Below, one piece after another: positions 31,381 through 43,985 of a stretch of 64,000 nt of DNA (the stretch's first letter is position 1; each line of letters starts with the position of its first letter). The DNA is taken from the NCBI RefSeq assembly GCF_009914755.1, contig NC_060936.1, one strand, 5' to 3'. The notes below the pieces were generated by a model. That model was given only the letters and a program-made list of their open reading frames with translations. It searched no databases and was not told where the DNA came from. The position numbers and the translations under genes were made by a program. This DNA is from the human T2T-CHM13v2.0 reference genome, Homo sapiens.

Positions 31381-31468
31381 TGAAATTTAGATGATATTCA
31401 CATAACATTAAATTAACCATTTTAAAGTGAACAATATAGCGACATTTAGTAAATTCACAGTGTTGTAC
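31381..31468 (-). mobile_element. Very short 5'-truncated L1MB 3' end
   Basis: attcacataacattaaattaaccattttaaagtgaacaat...cacagtgttgtac; 16-bp TSD aattct(g/a)ttgtacttt. Confidence 0.7.
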
Positions 31469-31994
31469 AATTCTATTGTACTTTGAAATATCTTTTGCAG
31501 CTTATTTGAGAATATGTTGTATAGATTTAATAAAATCCTTTACTGTGTTCCCCTTGCTCGTATATTTCTATCTTAAGAAGGTTTTTGTTTTTGTTATAAT
31601 TTTACTTGATAACTAAAAGTTCTGATAATGCATGTAATCCTGCTTCCTACAAGTAGCAATATTATGTCCCACTACCCTAAAATACACGTGTTTATGTCTT
31701 ACTTGTAGACAATGTTAACCAATTGTTTCTTGGTTAGGTGAAGTTGATCTTAAGAAAGTCTTATAGGAACATTTTACTACCTGGTTCTTATATGATCATG
31801 ATTGATCTGTAACATTTTTTCCTTGAAATACAGTTACATTTGGTATGAAATCTTTGGCTCCTTTTTTCCTGGAAGATTTCAGAGGTATTACTCTACCTTC
31901 CTTCATGTCTAAGGAAGACTAGGGCTAGCTTGGCTTTTTCACACTTCATAAGTGACTTTATCTATCTACCTGTTGCCTAAAGAATACCATCATT

Positions 31995-32334
<340 letters not shown>

Positions 32335-32859
32335 TTACCAGGATGTGCCTTTGTTAATTTTTAGGTAAATTTTCATGGGAAACAGTATATCCATTCAAAT
32401 CCTCTTTTATTTTAAAAAGTATATCTTTAAATATTTGTTCTGTTCAATCATTTCAGTTAACTTCATAGAAGAATAATTATGAATATTATAATATATTTTG
32501 TTGATCTCCATAGCTATTATTTTCTCTAATCCTTTAAAACTCCTTTATTATTTTCATTTTAGTTTGTCATCAATGTCTTTAATTGTTTTCTACAGTGTTT
32601 ATTCTCACTGTGATCCTCAAAATTTGTCCTGCTTTTTGTGATGGCTTTATATTTTTTCCTTTTACTTCTTTCCTGAATTATGCCAATTTCTTTTTATTTC
32701 CTGCTGCTATCATATCATTTTTCTCCTTGAGTACTTACATTTTTGTTTTATACACTTGTTTTATAGAATGTTTAGTTTATTTCTGTATTTTAATAATAAG
32801 CAAAGTCTTGGCAAATGAAAATTTTTACTTGTTCCATGAGAACACTTCTCTGTTGTTTG

Positions 32860-33299
32860 TTTCCAGCTGAATGTAACAGTAAAACCCCAAAGGACTGTAG
32901 CACAAATAAAATTTATCCCCAATTCATGTACAAACAAACAAAAGGAGATTGGTATCCGGTAGCCTGGAGCTGGTGAGTGCCCACAAAATTACCTACGATC
33001 ATTCTGACTCATTGTATCTCATTCTGGCTAGAAATTCAACTGTGGAGGATGAGGGGGAGAAGAAAGTATCACTTTCTTTTCAAGTAATTCTTCAAAATTC
33101 CACCTAACACTTCTGCTTATATATCTCTTTGACCCAAACTTAGTCAAGGAGCCATGTGTATCTTTAAAAGAAACTGGGAGACATAGTTTCTCAGCTGGAT
33201 GGGCCATGACAACTATAAATTAGGATTCTTTTGCTCACAAAACGGATGAAATTAGGTTTAGGGGACCGCGACAGAAGTTGAAAAGCAACAGCTGCCACA
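32860..33299 (-). mobile_element. MLT1J-like MaLR LTR
   Basis: cacttctgcttatatatctctttgacccaaacttagtca...aaactgggagacatagttt...ctgccaca. Confidence 0.65.
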
Positions 33300-34619
33300 A
33301 CATCCTTCATCTTCGTTTTCTTTTTCTGTTTCTCCCACTACCCTGCCTTTTAAACTTATTCTTTATTTCAATAAGTTTTTTCCTTATTGTAGTTTTCTTG
33401 TTGTTGTGTATTTTTCTGGATTTGCTATTTCAGAATTTTCACGTGAGACACGGGATACATCCCATTACCATGATCTGCCTGAGGATTGTTTAGCTGTGAC
33501 TTCTCTACAACCAACAAGAATAAGTAGCCATGGATTTTTCTTTTTCCTGATAGAAAGACTACACTCTGTCATGCTGCTCTTCATATTGCACAGTGTGGAC
33601 TTCGGTTTTACACTTCAGGGTAGGCCTCTCAGTTTAAATAGTGGTATTCTTACTGGTTCTTCCTGAAATCTACAGTCAAAGCCAACTTTTCCAGTGGGAT
33701 CCTTGTTTCCTCCACTTTCTTTCAGGGGTCCACCTGTTCTATTTCTATTCTTTTGAGCATCATTCCAGCTATTTGAGAATCTGGAGTTTTCGTTGACTTC
33801 TAGTTTTCCCCAAAAATAGATTCTATTTATTTATTCAGATTTTATAATTTTGTTTCACTTCTCCTTGTTGGTTGTGAATAATTTCCAGAAAGAGAATGAT
33901 ATTTAGTAACTATATTCAAATGAAGGCCCAAACCATTACTTTTTACAATCTATCCTATAATTGTTTTGTTACAGTGATATCAAGCATTTTCTTGACTTTG
34001 ACAATGACTTTGCCTATATATTTACAGTTTGCTGGAACCCTTTTAATTCTTCATCATTTCCCAACTTGCTGTTGTGACACTGTTTTAACAATCAGTGAAG
34101 TTTTGCAAATTGGCTCAACGACCCCTGTGTTATTATCCATTGGAACCAAATATTTAAATTCATTAAAAGCAGGTTTCCTCTCAATTTTTTGACTAACTTG
34201 GATTTCAATTTCTGTTTTAAAATATTTGTTCTATTCTTTAAATTCTATTCTGATGTTTCTACTCTATTCTAATATCTTTGCCAGAAAAAAAGGGCAGAAG
34301 CAAAGAAGAGAGAGGTACTCATTTCTTTCTATCATCTATCAACACTGTTATTTCCCCATGCAGCACACTACTCCTGTCTGTGAAGAAGAAAAGAAGTACT
34401 GATTATAAAACAGAGACCTAGCTTTTTTTTTTTTTTTTTTTGACATTCTCCCATTGTTTTCTAGGCACTCATAAAATATACAGCTTGGAATCTGCTATCT
34501 TCCCTAAGTGCTTATTCATTTTTAATAAATGCAATAATGAGTATGGTGATTTAATATTTTGTACAGATGAATGAATTTCTCCCTTTATCTCAACATTCTT
34601 ACCCTAGACCTTTAATTGC

Positions 34620-34860
34620 ACAATCTTTATTATTCATTCTCTTTACCATACCTCCCACTGTCATCCAGCCTCTAACACACTGGGATTCTTTCTGGACATC
34701 AATGCTTTAAGACTCTATCTGAAACTATAATTCCTGGTAGTAACCACATTTAAGCTTCTGTCTGCTATCTAAATTGGAGCTCCAGACTACTCATGTCTGA
34801 ATCATTTATTTGTATCCTCATAAGGCTATTATGTTGCTTAACTCATGTTGCTAAACATCA
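34620..34860 (+). mobile_element. L2 3' fragment
   Basis: ccagcctctaacacactgggattc...gagctccagac...tcatgtctg...tttgtatcctca. Confidence 0.4.
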
Positions 34861-35919
34861 TCATCTTGGCTATCTTTTGCTTTACCTCAGAACTTCCTAG
34901 TTTTATTCTCTTCTGTCCATATTAAATTTTTAAATTGCAAAAACAACCATTTCTTCTAACACATGTTTAGATGGAAGTAAACATGTGAAACAGCTTTATG
35001 TTATTTTAAGTATATATCCCAAATTATATCCATGAGCATGTTTAGATTTCCTGTCTCATCACAGTTTTTAAGAAAGGAGAGAAGGAATGGCCACTACCTC
35101 AACAAGGAGAGCAATATAGTGCAGAGGAAAGTTCTGAACAGACAGGAAGGAAAAGCAAAAGCCTGTGCCTTCTGGCTAAGTGATTTATGATAAGATGGCA
35201 GAGACAGAGAGATGGGAGACAGAAAAACCAGGTCTCATTGCCTCTGCAGATATCAGCTTGGAAAGATGGAAACATGTTCAGTATGTTAGGGAGATGCTGG
35301 GGAAGGGTGCTTTCCCCTAAATTCAGATACAGAATTTGGTGTGGAAAGCTCTGCATCTGATAGTGTTCAGTCAACATAAGGCAACTTCCAAAGAGTTTAG
35401 GCAGAGAGAGTGTCACTCTTGCACAGCTGAGCCTTCCTCAGTTCCCCACAAGTCTACAATTAGAGAAGTAAAACTAATTGAGTTGGTGTTGATCACTACT
35501 CCCATTCTAAAACCAGAATGAAGTAACATGTTTCCTGCTCATGCAAGAAACATTTCATCTGACATTCCCGCTGACTTCCTGACTTCCTGATTTTTTTTTC
35601 TATTGCAAAATGTGAGTTCCACTCTGTTTTTACTTCTGTTGTTTCAAATAACTCAGCAAATAATTCATTTCATTCTTGTTCTGATGAATTGCATTTGTGT
35701 GCCACTTTCTCTAGCTTATCAACAACATGCTTAATTATGAGAGTAAGAATCGAAAATCATGTTACAAGTTTTTAGTTTAAATATTTAATAAGATCTTACA
35801 AGATACCCAGGAAAAAAAAAAAACAAAGATCTCACCTACAGAGCTCAAAGATATCGTATTCCCCTTCGGTTGGCACTACCATAGTCACAGCTTTGGGGCA
35901 CCTATATTACCTCCTGGTA

Positions 35920-36160
35920 AAAAGAGTGATTGTGGAGTCAGGCACTAGAGTTCAAATCCTGGCCCCACTACATCCTGTCTGGGTCACCGTGGGCTAATTC
36001 CTTACCCTCTCTTACCTTCAGTTATTCTGTTTGAAAAAAGACCGTCTTCCTCTCGAGATTGTTATGATACCTATTGCAATATTAATTGAAATAATGTACA
36101 TAAAACCCTAGGAACATACCTGACACAAAGTGAGGATGCAGAAATATTAGCTATTATTAA
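35920..36160 (+). mobile_element. MIR SINE
   Basis: tggagtcaggcactagagttcaaatcctggcccc...aataatgtacataaa...cctgacaca...tattagctattatt. Confidence 0.8.
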
Positions 36161-37019
36161 CAGAGTATGAGTTGGTTTGTTAAACCCATAGTAGAGAAAA
36201 GAAACTTTCTTGAGCTTCTGAAGAGGGATTTCACTGCTGGATAAACACCAAACAGTTTTATCAATATTACAAATAATAGAACACGAATACATAGATTTGG
36301 CTTGTGAACCTTCATTTTAGAAATAAAATAATTTTCTTTTAGGTACTGCCAAATTCACTTAAGTTCTCCTTTCATCACATTTATAAGAACTCAAAAAAAA
36401 AAATCTCATGGCTTCACATCCCCTGCCCCCATACTCATTGTTGAGAGCTCATTTCTCTTATATACTTGCTTTTGGGTAAACACTGCTTTGCCCTCACCCT
36501 CGCCCTGTCACTTATAAGCACTTACACACAAAATGGCTTGCTGTCAACACAGGCACACCCATATTAGCAGTTTGAACAGCCACTGTGAAACAGCAAATGG
36601 AAATTGGGGACATTCTGGAGTCTTTCACGTACATATTACAAAGGAAACCATCTATGTGTTAGCTCACAGTCAGGTTGGCTTTGTTTTGTGTCTTCAATTT
36701 CATATGAAGATAATAGAAGGAACTTAGATCTCCAAAGCATGCATCATGAACAATGGTTAACTTTTAATTAAAAGAAATTATAAACTTCATGAGTACTGGA
36801 ATGCAAATAATAGAAATACAAGTAGATGTTTCAGTACCAACCAGAATTTATTGTAATCCTTGGTAAGAATGCACTTCAGATTTCTTGTGCAATAGCTAGA
36901 TAGCTTACAGAGAGCAGGGAGCTCATATTACATCCAAGAGGCGGGAGTGGGGGGGTTAACTAATTTATTTTCATTTCCAAAGTGATTGTTACCACGAAGA
37001 TAGTTTCAGATGAGAAATC

Positions 37020-37210
37020 AAAAGGCAGCAGACCGGTTCTTACCGTGAATTCACCCCTTAACGTCTTGGAGTCTCTGTTACTGTAGATTTAAAATGAGCA
37101 TGAGGCTATTTTCTTCGTCCACCTCATAGGGTTGTTCAGGATCTCTAGTTGGAAAATGGTCATGAAATGCATTGTAAAACTGCTGAGTTGCTATATTAAT
37201 ATGTACATCT
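37020..37210 (+). mobile_element. MIR (MIR3/MIRc-like) fragment
   Basis: taaaatgag...acctcatagggttgtt...atgaaatgcattgtaaaactg. Confidence 0.55.
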
Positions 37211-37439
37211 ATGTAACTATTAGGATAAAATTTCCCAATTTTATATTTAGCTGAAAAATATAAATTATTTTTAAAAGGAATGAATTGAGTATTTTAGTCC
37301 ATATTTTAAAAATGAGAAAAAAATAAGCTATGGAGATTTCTAAGACCAAAGATTTCCAACTTTATGTGTATTGATACTGTTCAGAACAGAGAGGATTAGG
37401 ACCTAGAGATGTAATAATGTTTTCCTACCTGTAGTTTCT

Positions 37440-37746
37440 TTCTTTCTGTCTTTCTTTTTTTTTTTTTTTTTTGAGATGGAGTCTCACTCTGTCGCCCAGG
37501 CTGGAATACAGTGGTGCAGTCTTGGCTCACTGCAACCTCTGCCTTCTGGGTTCTCCTGCCTCAGCCTCCTGAGTAGCTGGGATTACAGGTGCATGCCACC
37601 ATGCCTGCCTAATTTTTTTGTATTTTTAGTAGAGATGGGGGTTTCTCCATGTTGGTCAGGCTGGTCTCGAATTCCTGACCTGATGATCCACCTGCCTCGG
37701 CCTCCCAAAGTGCTGGGATTACAGGCGTGAGCCACCGCGCCCGGCC
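37440..37746 (-). mobile_element. AluS with a small internal deletion
   Basis: Perfect 17-bp TSD tcctacctgtagtttct (37423-37439, 37747-37763). Confidence 0.95.
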
Positions 37747-39111
37747 TCCTACCTGTAGTTTCTCATTCAGCTCTTTCCCTGCTATGGATTATCCTAAATG
37801 CTGCTAACAGATCATCCTATCATTGCCTTAATCAATCACTTATGTTCTATATCTCTATGATCTACCATGCCTGCTTTCAAAAATCCTTCATAATCTAATC
37901 CTAATCTATTCAACCTCGCGTCTCTTTATTTTCAACATGTACTCTCTGTTCTCGCCAGTTACACTTTATCTTAGCCCAAACTCAAGCTATAACCATTTCT
38001 ACCCCTTAATTATGAAATGTGCATTTTTTAGTTTTTAGATTCACCGCATATAGCAAATACTACTCAATATTAGCAGGATCTTCCAAAATTCTTGTTCATT
38101 TCTCTGCTAGATTGACAGCACCTATTTTCTCAGAATCATTTCTGTCACTACCTAATGAGGTCATTGTCAATTTGTCAATCACTGTGTTTTAAAAACATAG
38201 ATTTCAAATTTAGAGAAAGCTTTGTACAATTAATGCTGCAAAATGACGAGATGTATTTTGGACCAAATTCATTGCACCAGTGACATTATTCTTTTCTAGA
38301 GATATTTTAATCATCCTGGATAAATAAGGAGTTCTTATTACAAATAACCCTGATGGCAATCATCTTCACTTTCCACATTAATATTTGTTGATAAAGACAA
38401 TATTTGTAAAGCTAAACAAAATAAGTCACTATAGGGTAATAGAAAGAATTTGAAATTGCACAAAAGCATGTGTTCAAGTCTTGGTTCTATCTGTAACAAG
38501 GTATTTATATTGCCTAGATGTATTAATCTAAAATTGGAAGAATACTAATTTTATTCAACTTTAGTATATAATATGTGATACATATGTGATGAAATACATG
38601 CTAAACCACAAAACACTGTATGGCACCTAGTACATGAGCAACAAGTGGTGACAACTTACTCAAAAATCTTGAATGTCAAATTTTAATCTCAGTTTTCATA
38701 ACACCTGGGAGTCCTCTCCTTTGTGGAGAAGACAGCCTCCATTTTTAAAATTCTGTAAAAATAATACAGGCTCACAGTTTTAAAACATCTTAAAAAACAT
38801 ACAGTGCAACTGTTTAGTTCCTGACATCTCAGATAATTTGGAGGAAGAGACTATTCTTAATAAACACATCATGTGGTAACCGCATGTCAAATGTGTTCTT
38901 AGCAAGCTATAGTCATGTATTTAGTTTCTTGTATTTCTTATGCTTTGCATTTCTAGCTAAAGCCATCCTCAGTTAATGCTAATATTGAGTTTCTTGAACT
39001 TTAATATGAGTGATCCAGCACTCAAAATTTACCCCCACTAAGGAATTTACCAAGTCAGCATACCACAGAAATACTCTAGTAAGCAAGTGTTACTATGTTA
39101 CCTATACCTGG

Positions 39112-40157
39112 TGTATTAGTTTCTTATTTACTGCCATAACAAATAACCACAAATATAATGGCTTAAAACAACCCTAATATATTATCTTATAGTTCTATAC
39201 ATTTGAAGTTTGAGATAGATCTTGCTAAAATAGGGTGAAGTTTGGCATATATCTCACTATAGGTGTGAAGTTTGGCCTAGATCTCGTTACAATCAAAGTG
39301 TTAGCAAAGCTGTATTCCTTCTGGAAGCTCTAAGGGAGAATCTATTCTGTATTTTTTCCAGCTTTCATTAGTTAACCACATTCCTTAGATTCTCACTCCT
39401 TTCCTCCATTTTCAAAGCCAGCAACATAGCAATTCTTTGACCCCGCTTCCACCATCACATCAAATATCCCAGGATAAAAACTAGAAGGAAGCTATCTGAG
39501 AAACCACTTTGCCATGTGTGCATTCATCTCACAGAGTTAAAACTTACTTTTCTTTCAGCAGTTTGGAAACCTCGTTTTTGTAGAATCTGCAAAGGGATAT
39601 TTGGGAGTGCATTGAGGCCCATGGTAAAAAGGAAACATCTTCAGAAAAAAAACAAAAAAGAAACATTCTGAGAAACTGCTTTGTGATGTGTACATTCATC
39701 TCACAGAGTTAAACCTTTCTTTGGATTCAGCAGTTTGGAAACACTCTTTTTGTCCATTCTGCCAATTGACATTTGGGTGCTCATTGAGGCCTATGGCGAA
39801 AAAGAGAGTATAACATTAAAAAATTAAATCGCAGATTCTACAAAAACAGTGTTTCCAAACTGCTGAATGAAAAGAAAGGTTTAACTCTGTGAGATGAATA
39901 CACACATCACAAAGCAGTTTCTCAGAGAGCTTCACCTCTTTCTCTTACCCTCTCTTCTGCCTTCTTCCACTTTCAAGACACTTATGAGTACATTGGGTCC
40001 ACCCTGGATAGCCCAGGATAACCTATTTTAAAGTCAGATATTTGGCAACTGTAATTCCTCTACGCCTTAATTTTCTTTTGCCGTGTAACCCAACATATTC
40101 AGTTTCTGGAGTTTTGGACGTAGACATCTTCTCAAGGCCACTACTCTATTTCACACA
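39112..40157 (-). mobile_element. MLT1C/D-type MaLR solo LTR interrupted by alpha satellite
   Basis: tgtattagttt...tggcttaaaacaac...ttcaaagccagcaac | tacattgggtccacc...caggataa...cacaca; 5-bp TSD cctgg. Confidence 0.9.
39461..39933. repeat. Alpha satellite (ALR) fragment: ~2.1 tandem monomers (39461-39828) plus an inverted 105-bp piece (39829-39933)
   Basis: ctgagaaac at 39496 and 39668 (172-bp period); cattcatctcacagagttaa, cagcagtttggaaac, ttttgtagaatctgc; reverse-complement copy follows; no CENP-B box. Confidence 0.95.
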
Positions 40158-42109
40158 CCTGGTAATGGAAGTGTGTTTAGGTCTACCCATAAACAACATA
40201 TGGCTTAAAGGACATCAGGAGTTGAGGTCACCAGTAGTATTAGGAAGATTCCCTTCTGGCCAGGTTCTGCAGCTTTAAGTATAAACTAAACAGTTATCCT
40301 ATTCCTTTCCATATTTGCTACAAAAGGAATGTTCCCTATCAAAAAGCACTTACCTTACCCTGGCCATATCCTTTTAAAAATATGCCCCCAAAGAATATTT
40401 TTTAGGATCTTCATAGTGTGGTTTTAAATAAACCCAACAAAATAGTATAGAAAGATTTTCACTGTTGCCTTAAACAATCCAGAAATGGACCTGTAAGTTG
40501 TTTCTAATGCTAAGTAGGGCATAAGTCATCATGATTGTATTTTCCATGTTCTTGATACAGAAGTAGTATTAAAATTATCATCAATTTCAAAAATTATTTG
40601 TGTTGAAACCATTCTTAATTTTTGTTTAAAAATCTACCCTACTATATATTTGATGGTGCTTGAAAAGACCAAAGAAGAAAAAACAGACACTTGATGTCTG
40701 GAAAGAAACCACAAAAAGATTAACAGGCTCTTCATAAAATAAAATACCATATTTGAGAAAGACTATTAAAAGCAACTCATAATGCAGGCATAAATAGTGG
40801 GTCTTGGGAGAGTTCTGATATAGTTAACCTACAAGGGCTGAGAGCTCAAGACATTAGGCCATGTTTGATACTGGTTGGATAAAATTGGATTGACATAGAG
40901 CAGGAAGTCTCAAAGAGAAAAGGAAGATGTTAAGAAGCAATTAATTTCTCTGCTCTGATAAGCAGTCAAGAGCTGGAAAGACAATTTCCCAGGTAAATAC
41001 ATTTTTAGTTAAAAAGTTCTTTGATATCTAATTGAAATAATAGCTACTTTGAGTTGAAATGCATTATTCATACCAATCTGTCCATTTAGTAATAGCTACC
41101 CAAGAAGTGAAAATAATTATTTTAAATAATAAAAATACCAACAGTATTTAGTAATTCTATAATAATACAATTATACCATTCTACTGCGTGTTTCAAATTA
41201 ACTGACATTGGCGCTATCATCCCCAAGTTTATAGTTTGAATAATTTGACACTAGTATGGACATTCATATGAAAAACATGAAGCTTAATCATGTCTCCAGA
41301 GATAATGTACCATGAAGAACACAATTCAATATAAATAATAAATACATGCTTGCACATTCCAGGCTGCAAAAACAGTCACACTCCTACTAACTTAATTCAA
41401 GGTGTATTACTGCAGAAAAGAAGATTAAGAAACAGCCTTTGAAGCCACACATCCAGATGTCATAAAACTTTGAAACATCATTCAGATTAATATAGTCATT
41501 CTAGCAAACCTCTAAACCCAGAAAACTCCCAGAAAGACCTCTCCTCACTCCTTACCCAAGTGCTACCACCATAATGTTGATCCAAGTGTCATCTGCCTTT
41601 GCTTCTGGATACCTTTGTTTTGTCCTACACTGCTATCTTCCCAATGGCTTGTAGTGCCTTCTGTTTGCATCTTAAATTTTTCCTTAATCTTTCTGTGTCT
41701 TTCATTCATGCTTTCCAAAAGGAAAAGAATTTGGGTGTTTGAATGTTACATCCAGTAAAGATGTTCTCTTTTGAGCAAAGCCCATTTCAAGAGCCTCTGC
41801 TGTATGCCTTTAGGTCCAATCCACTGGGTCCAGAGAGTAGACTCATGTGACACAAAAAAGTAAAAGTGAAAAGTAATTGCTGTGGCTTTTTTTCCTCTCT
41901 AACAGAGGGTTATAAACATGACAGAAACTCAGACAGCCTTATCTTTTTTACATATAATAAATATGCTATGAAATTTGGGGAATTGTAATAACCTAGAATT
42001 TCAGAATCCCTAGAATGATGACCCTTAACACTTAATGTTCACATCCTCACCGGGTGGAAGCATGACACAATGTGAAGTGGAGTGTGTGATGGGGGGGCGG
42101 GTATTATTA

Positions 42110-42290
42110 ATTCACTCATCCATTATTGGGCATTTATTAATCTGAGTGCTATTCTTTATGCTGAGAATATAGTGATGTACTAGGTACACATTTTCCAATC
42201 TCGCAGAAAGCTTGCAATCTAGTGTAAGAGATGGCCCTTACAACTAAATAAATAATAATAATGTCAGATGTAGTAAGTGCTATAAGTGCT
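42110..42290 (-). mobile_element. L2 3' end
   Basis: attcactcatcc...catttatt...tgctgagaatatagtgatg...gcttgcaatctagtg...gtaagtgctataag. Confidence 0.65.
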
Positions 42291-42294
42291 ACTT

Positions 42295-42890
42295 TCATAA
42301 GTTGCCACCATCAAACATATCTAAGCCATCTTCATCTGTATCTGTTTTCCCTCCTGTTACCATGGATCAATGACTGATACTCCTACTAGGACCAATTCTT
42401 CTACTTGTCCACTGGAGTCCACCCTCAGCTCAAGGTTACTGCTACTGCAGATCTCCCTTTACTCTCCTGACTCATCTCCCTCTCAGTTTGAGTATCCTCA
42501 TCAGTATTAAAGGTGCTATTACTTTTCCTCACCTTACAGAAACAAATCTCTTAATCCCACATCCTTTTCCAGCTACAGCCCAACTTCTATGCTCCAATTT
42601 ACAATAAAATTCTTCCAAAGGTTGGGATATATTCACTGTTTCTAATTTCTCTTTTCTCATTCTATCTTGCTCTCCAGCCAAGCTATTTACCATTTTATGA
42701 AACAGTGCTTGTGAGGGTCACCAATGGCCTCCAACTTGCCACAATATAGGGTCAATTTCAATTTCCTTTTATTTTCCTTATCAGCAATATTTCTCATAAT
42801 TGATTGCTTTTCCTCTAAAACATTTTCTTCGTTTTGCCTCTGGCACACAAACTTCTTTTGTTTCTTCATACTCTAGACCAACCATTTCTC
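42295..42890 (+). mobile_element. L2 internal fragment
   Basis: ttccctcctgttacc...gaaacagtgcttgtgagggtcaccaatggcctcc...tcagcaatattt. Confidence 0.7.
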
Positions 42891-43494
42891 TGATTAAGAT
42901 GAAGGATATCTCAGTTATTTGTGAGCCAACTAAATCTTTGTTCGTATGTTTGCTTATAGACTTATTTTTTTCCCTGAATCACCATGACTTCAACCCCAAA
43001 GAAAAAAAGTACATGTATATATACATAGATGCATCTTAGTGAGCTATCTAGACTTCACAAATGATTGTGTAGGGAAAACACAGAAAATTGATAGCAGAGC
43101 CAAAACAAATATATTAGAAGTTTTTATTATATCATTTGGTTTCCCCAAATCTCTTTCATCTGTCCAGCCACATGAGCTTTATGTTTTTGTTTCTTTGGAT
43201 TTATTTGTGGGGCTTTTTTTAAACTCTCTTCCTCTCTTTCCTCAATCCTTTTGTTTACTCTTCTTTTTCCCTTGATTCCCTCCAAAATTTACATTTTCTC
43301 TCTTCTCTATTACACAAATAAATCAAGTCCTCTTGGCCTCTGCCTCCAAAACTTACATCTCCATGCCCCATCAATTTGCACTTTTTTAAAAAATATGAAA
43401 TGAATTAGAAATTTATACTCATAGAAGACAGTTTACCAATCACATTTTGCTATTTCAAAACGTTTTTAGTGGCTCACAAGATTAATGAGGCTTT

Positions 43495-43985
43495 CAGAAT
43501 GTTGCCTATAACAAGAGGATGCACAGTAACAGTGCTTTAAAGAAGGTATAAATTTATTTTCTTTTCTTATAAGAGAAACTTCTTATATTAATCCCAGGCT
43601 GGTAGGGCATGACACAGTTATAAAAAAAATAATCTCCCAAATCTTATTGTTCTGCCATCCTTTCCTTGGTGCATGGTTCCCATCCCATGTTTCAACACGG
43701 TTACTCAAAATGCAGACATCTGTATTTCAATCAGCAGAAAGGAGAAAGCACCAAAAGAAAAGCATGACTTCTCCATCCGTCTTTAAGAATGCTTCCAAGA
43801 AATTGCACATACAACTTCTACTTAATTCCTTTTGCCAATATTTCTTATTTTGCCATACAATAAGCTTCAAAGGAACCTGGAAAATTATTCTGAGCAATCA
43901 TGAGTCCAGTTAAAATCTGAAGTTCTATTATCAAAAAAGAAAGGGAAAATGGATATTTAGGGATAATGAACTTACTCCCTGACTG
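43495..43985 (-). mobile_element. MLT1J-like MaLR LTR
   Basis: taacagtgctttaaa...aatttattt...cagcagaaaggagaaag...acaacttctactta...aaagggaaaatggatattt. Confidence 0.7.

Noticed and set aside
39461-39933. Functional centromere or neocentromere
   Set aside because: Under three monomers, no CENP-B box and no higher-order array.
41400-41860. Possible old MLT1M/N LTR
   Set aside because: Resemblance too weak to call without an HMM search.
42110-42890. A single 5'-inverted L2 insertion
   Set aside because: Opposed L2 pieces abut, but no TSD or consensus adjacency can be shown at this divergence; two independent fragments are equally likely.
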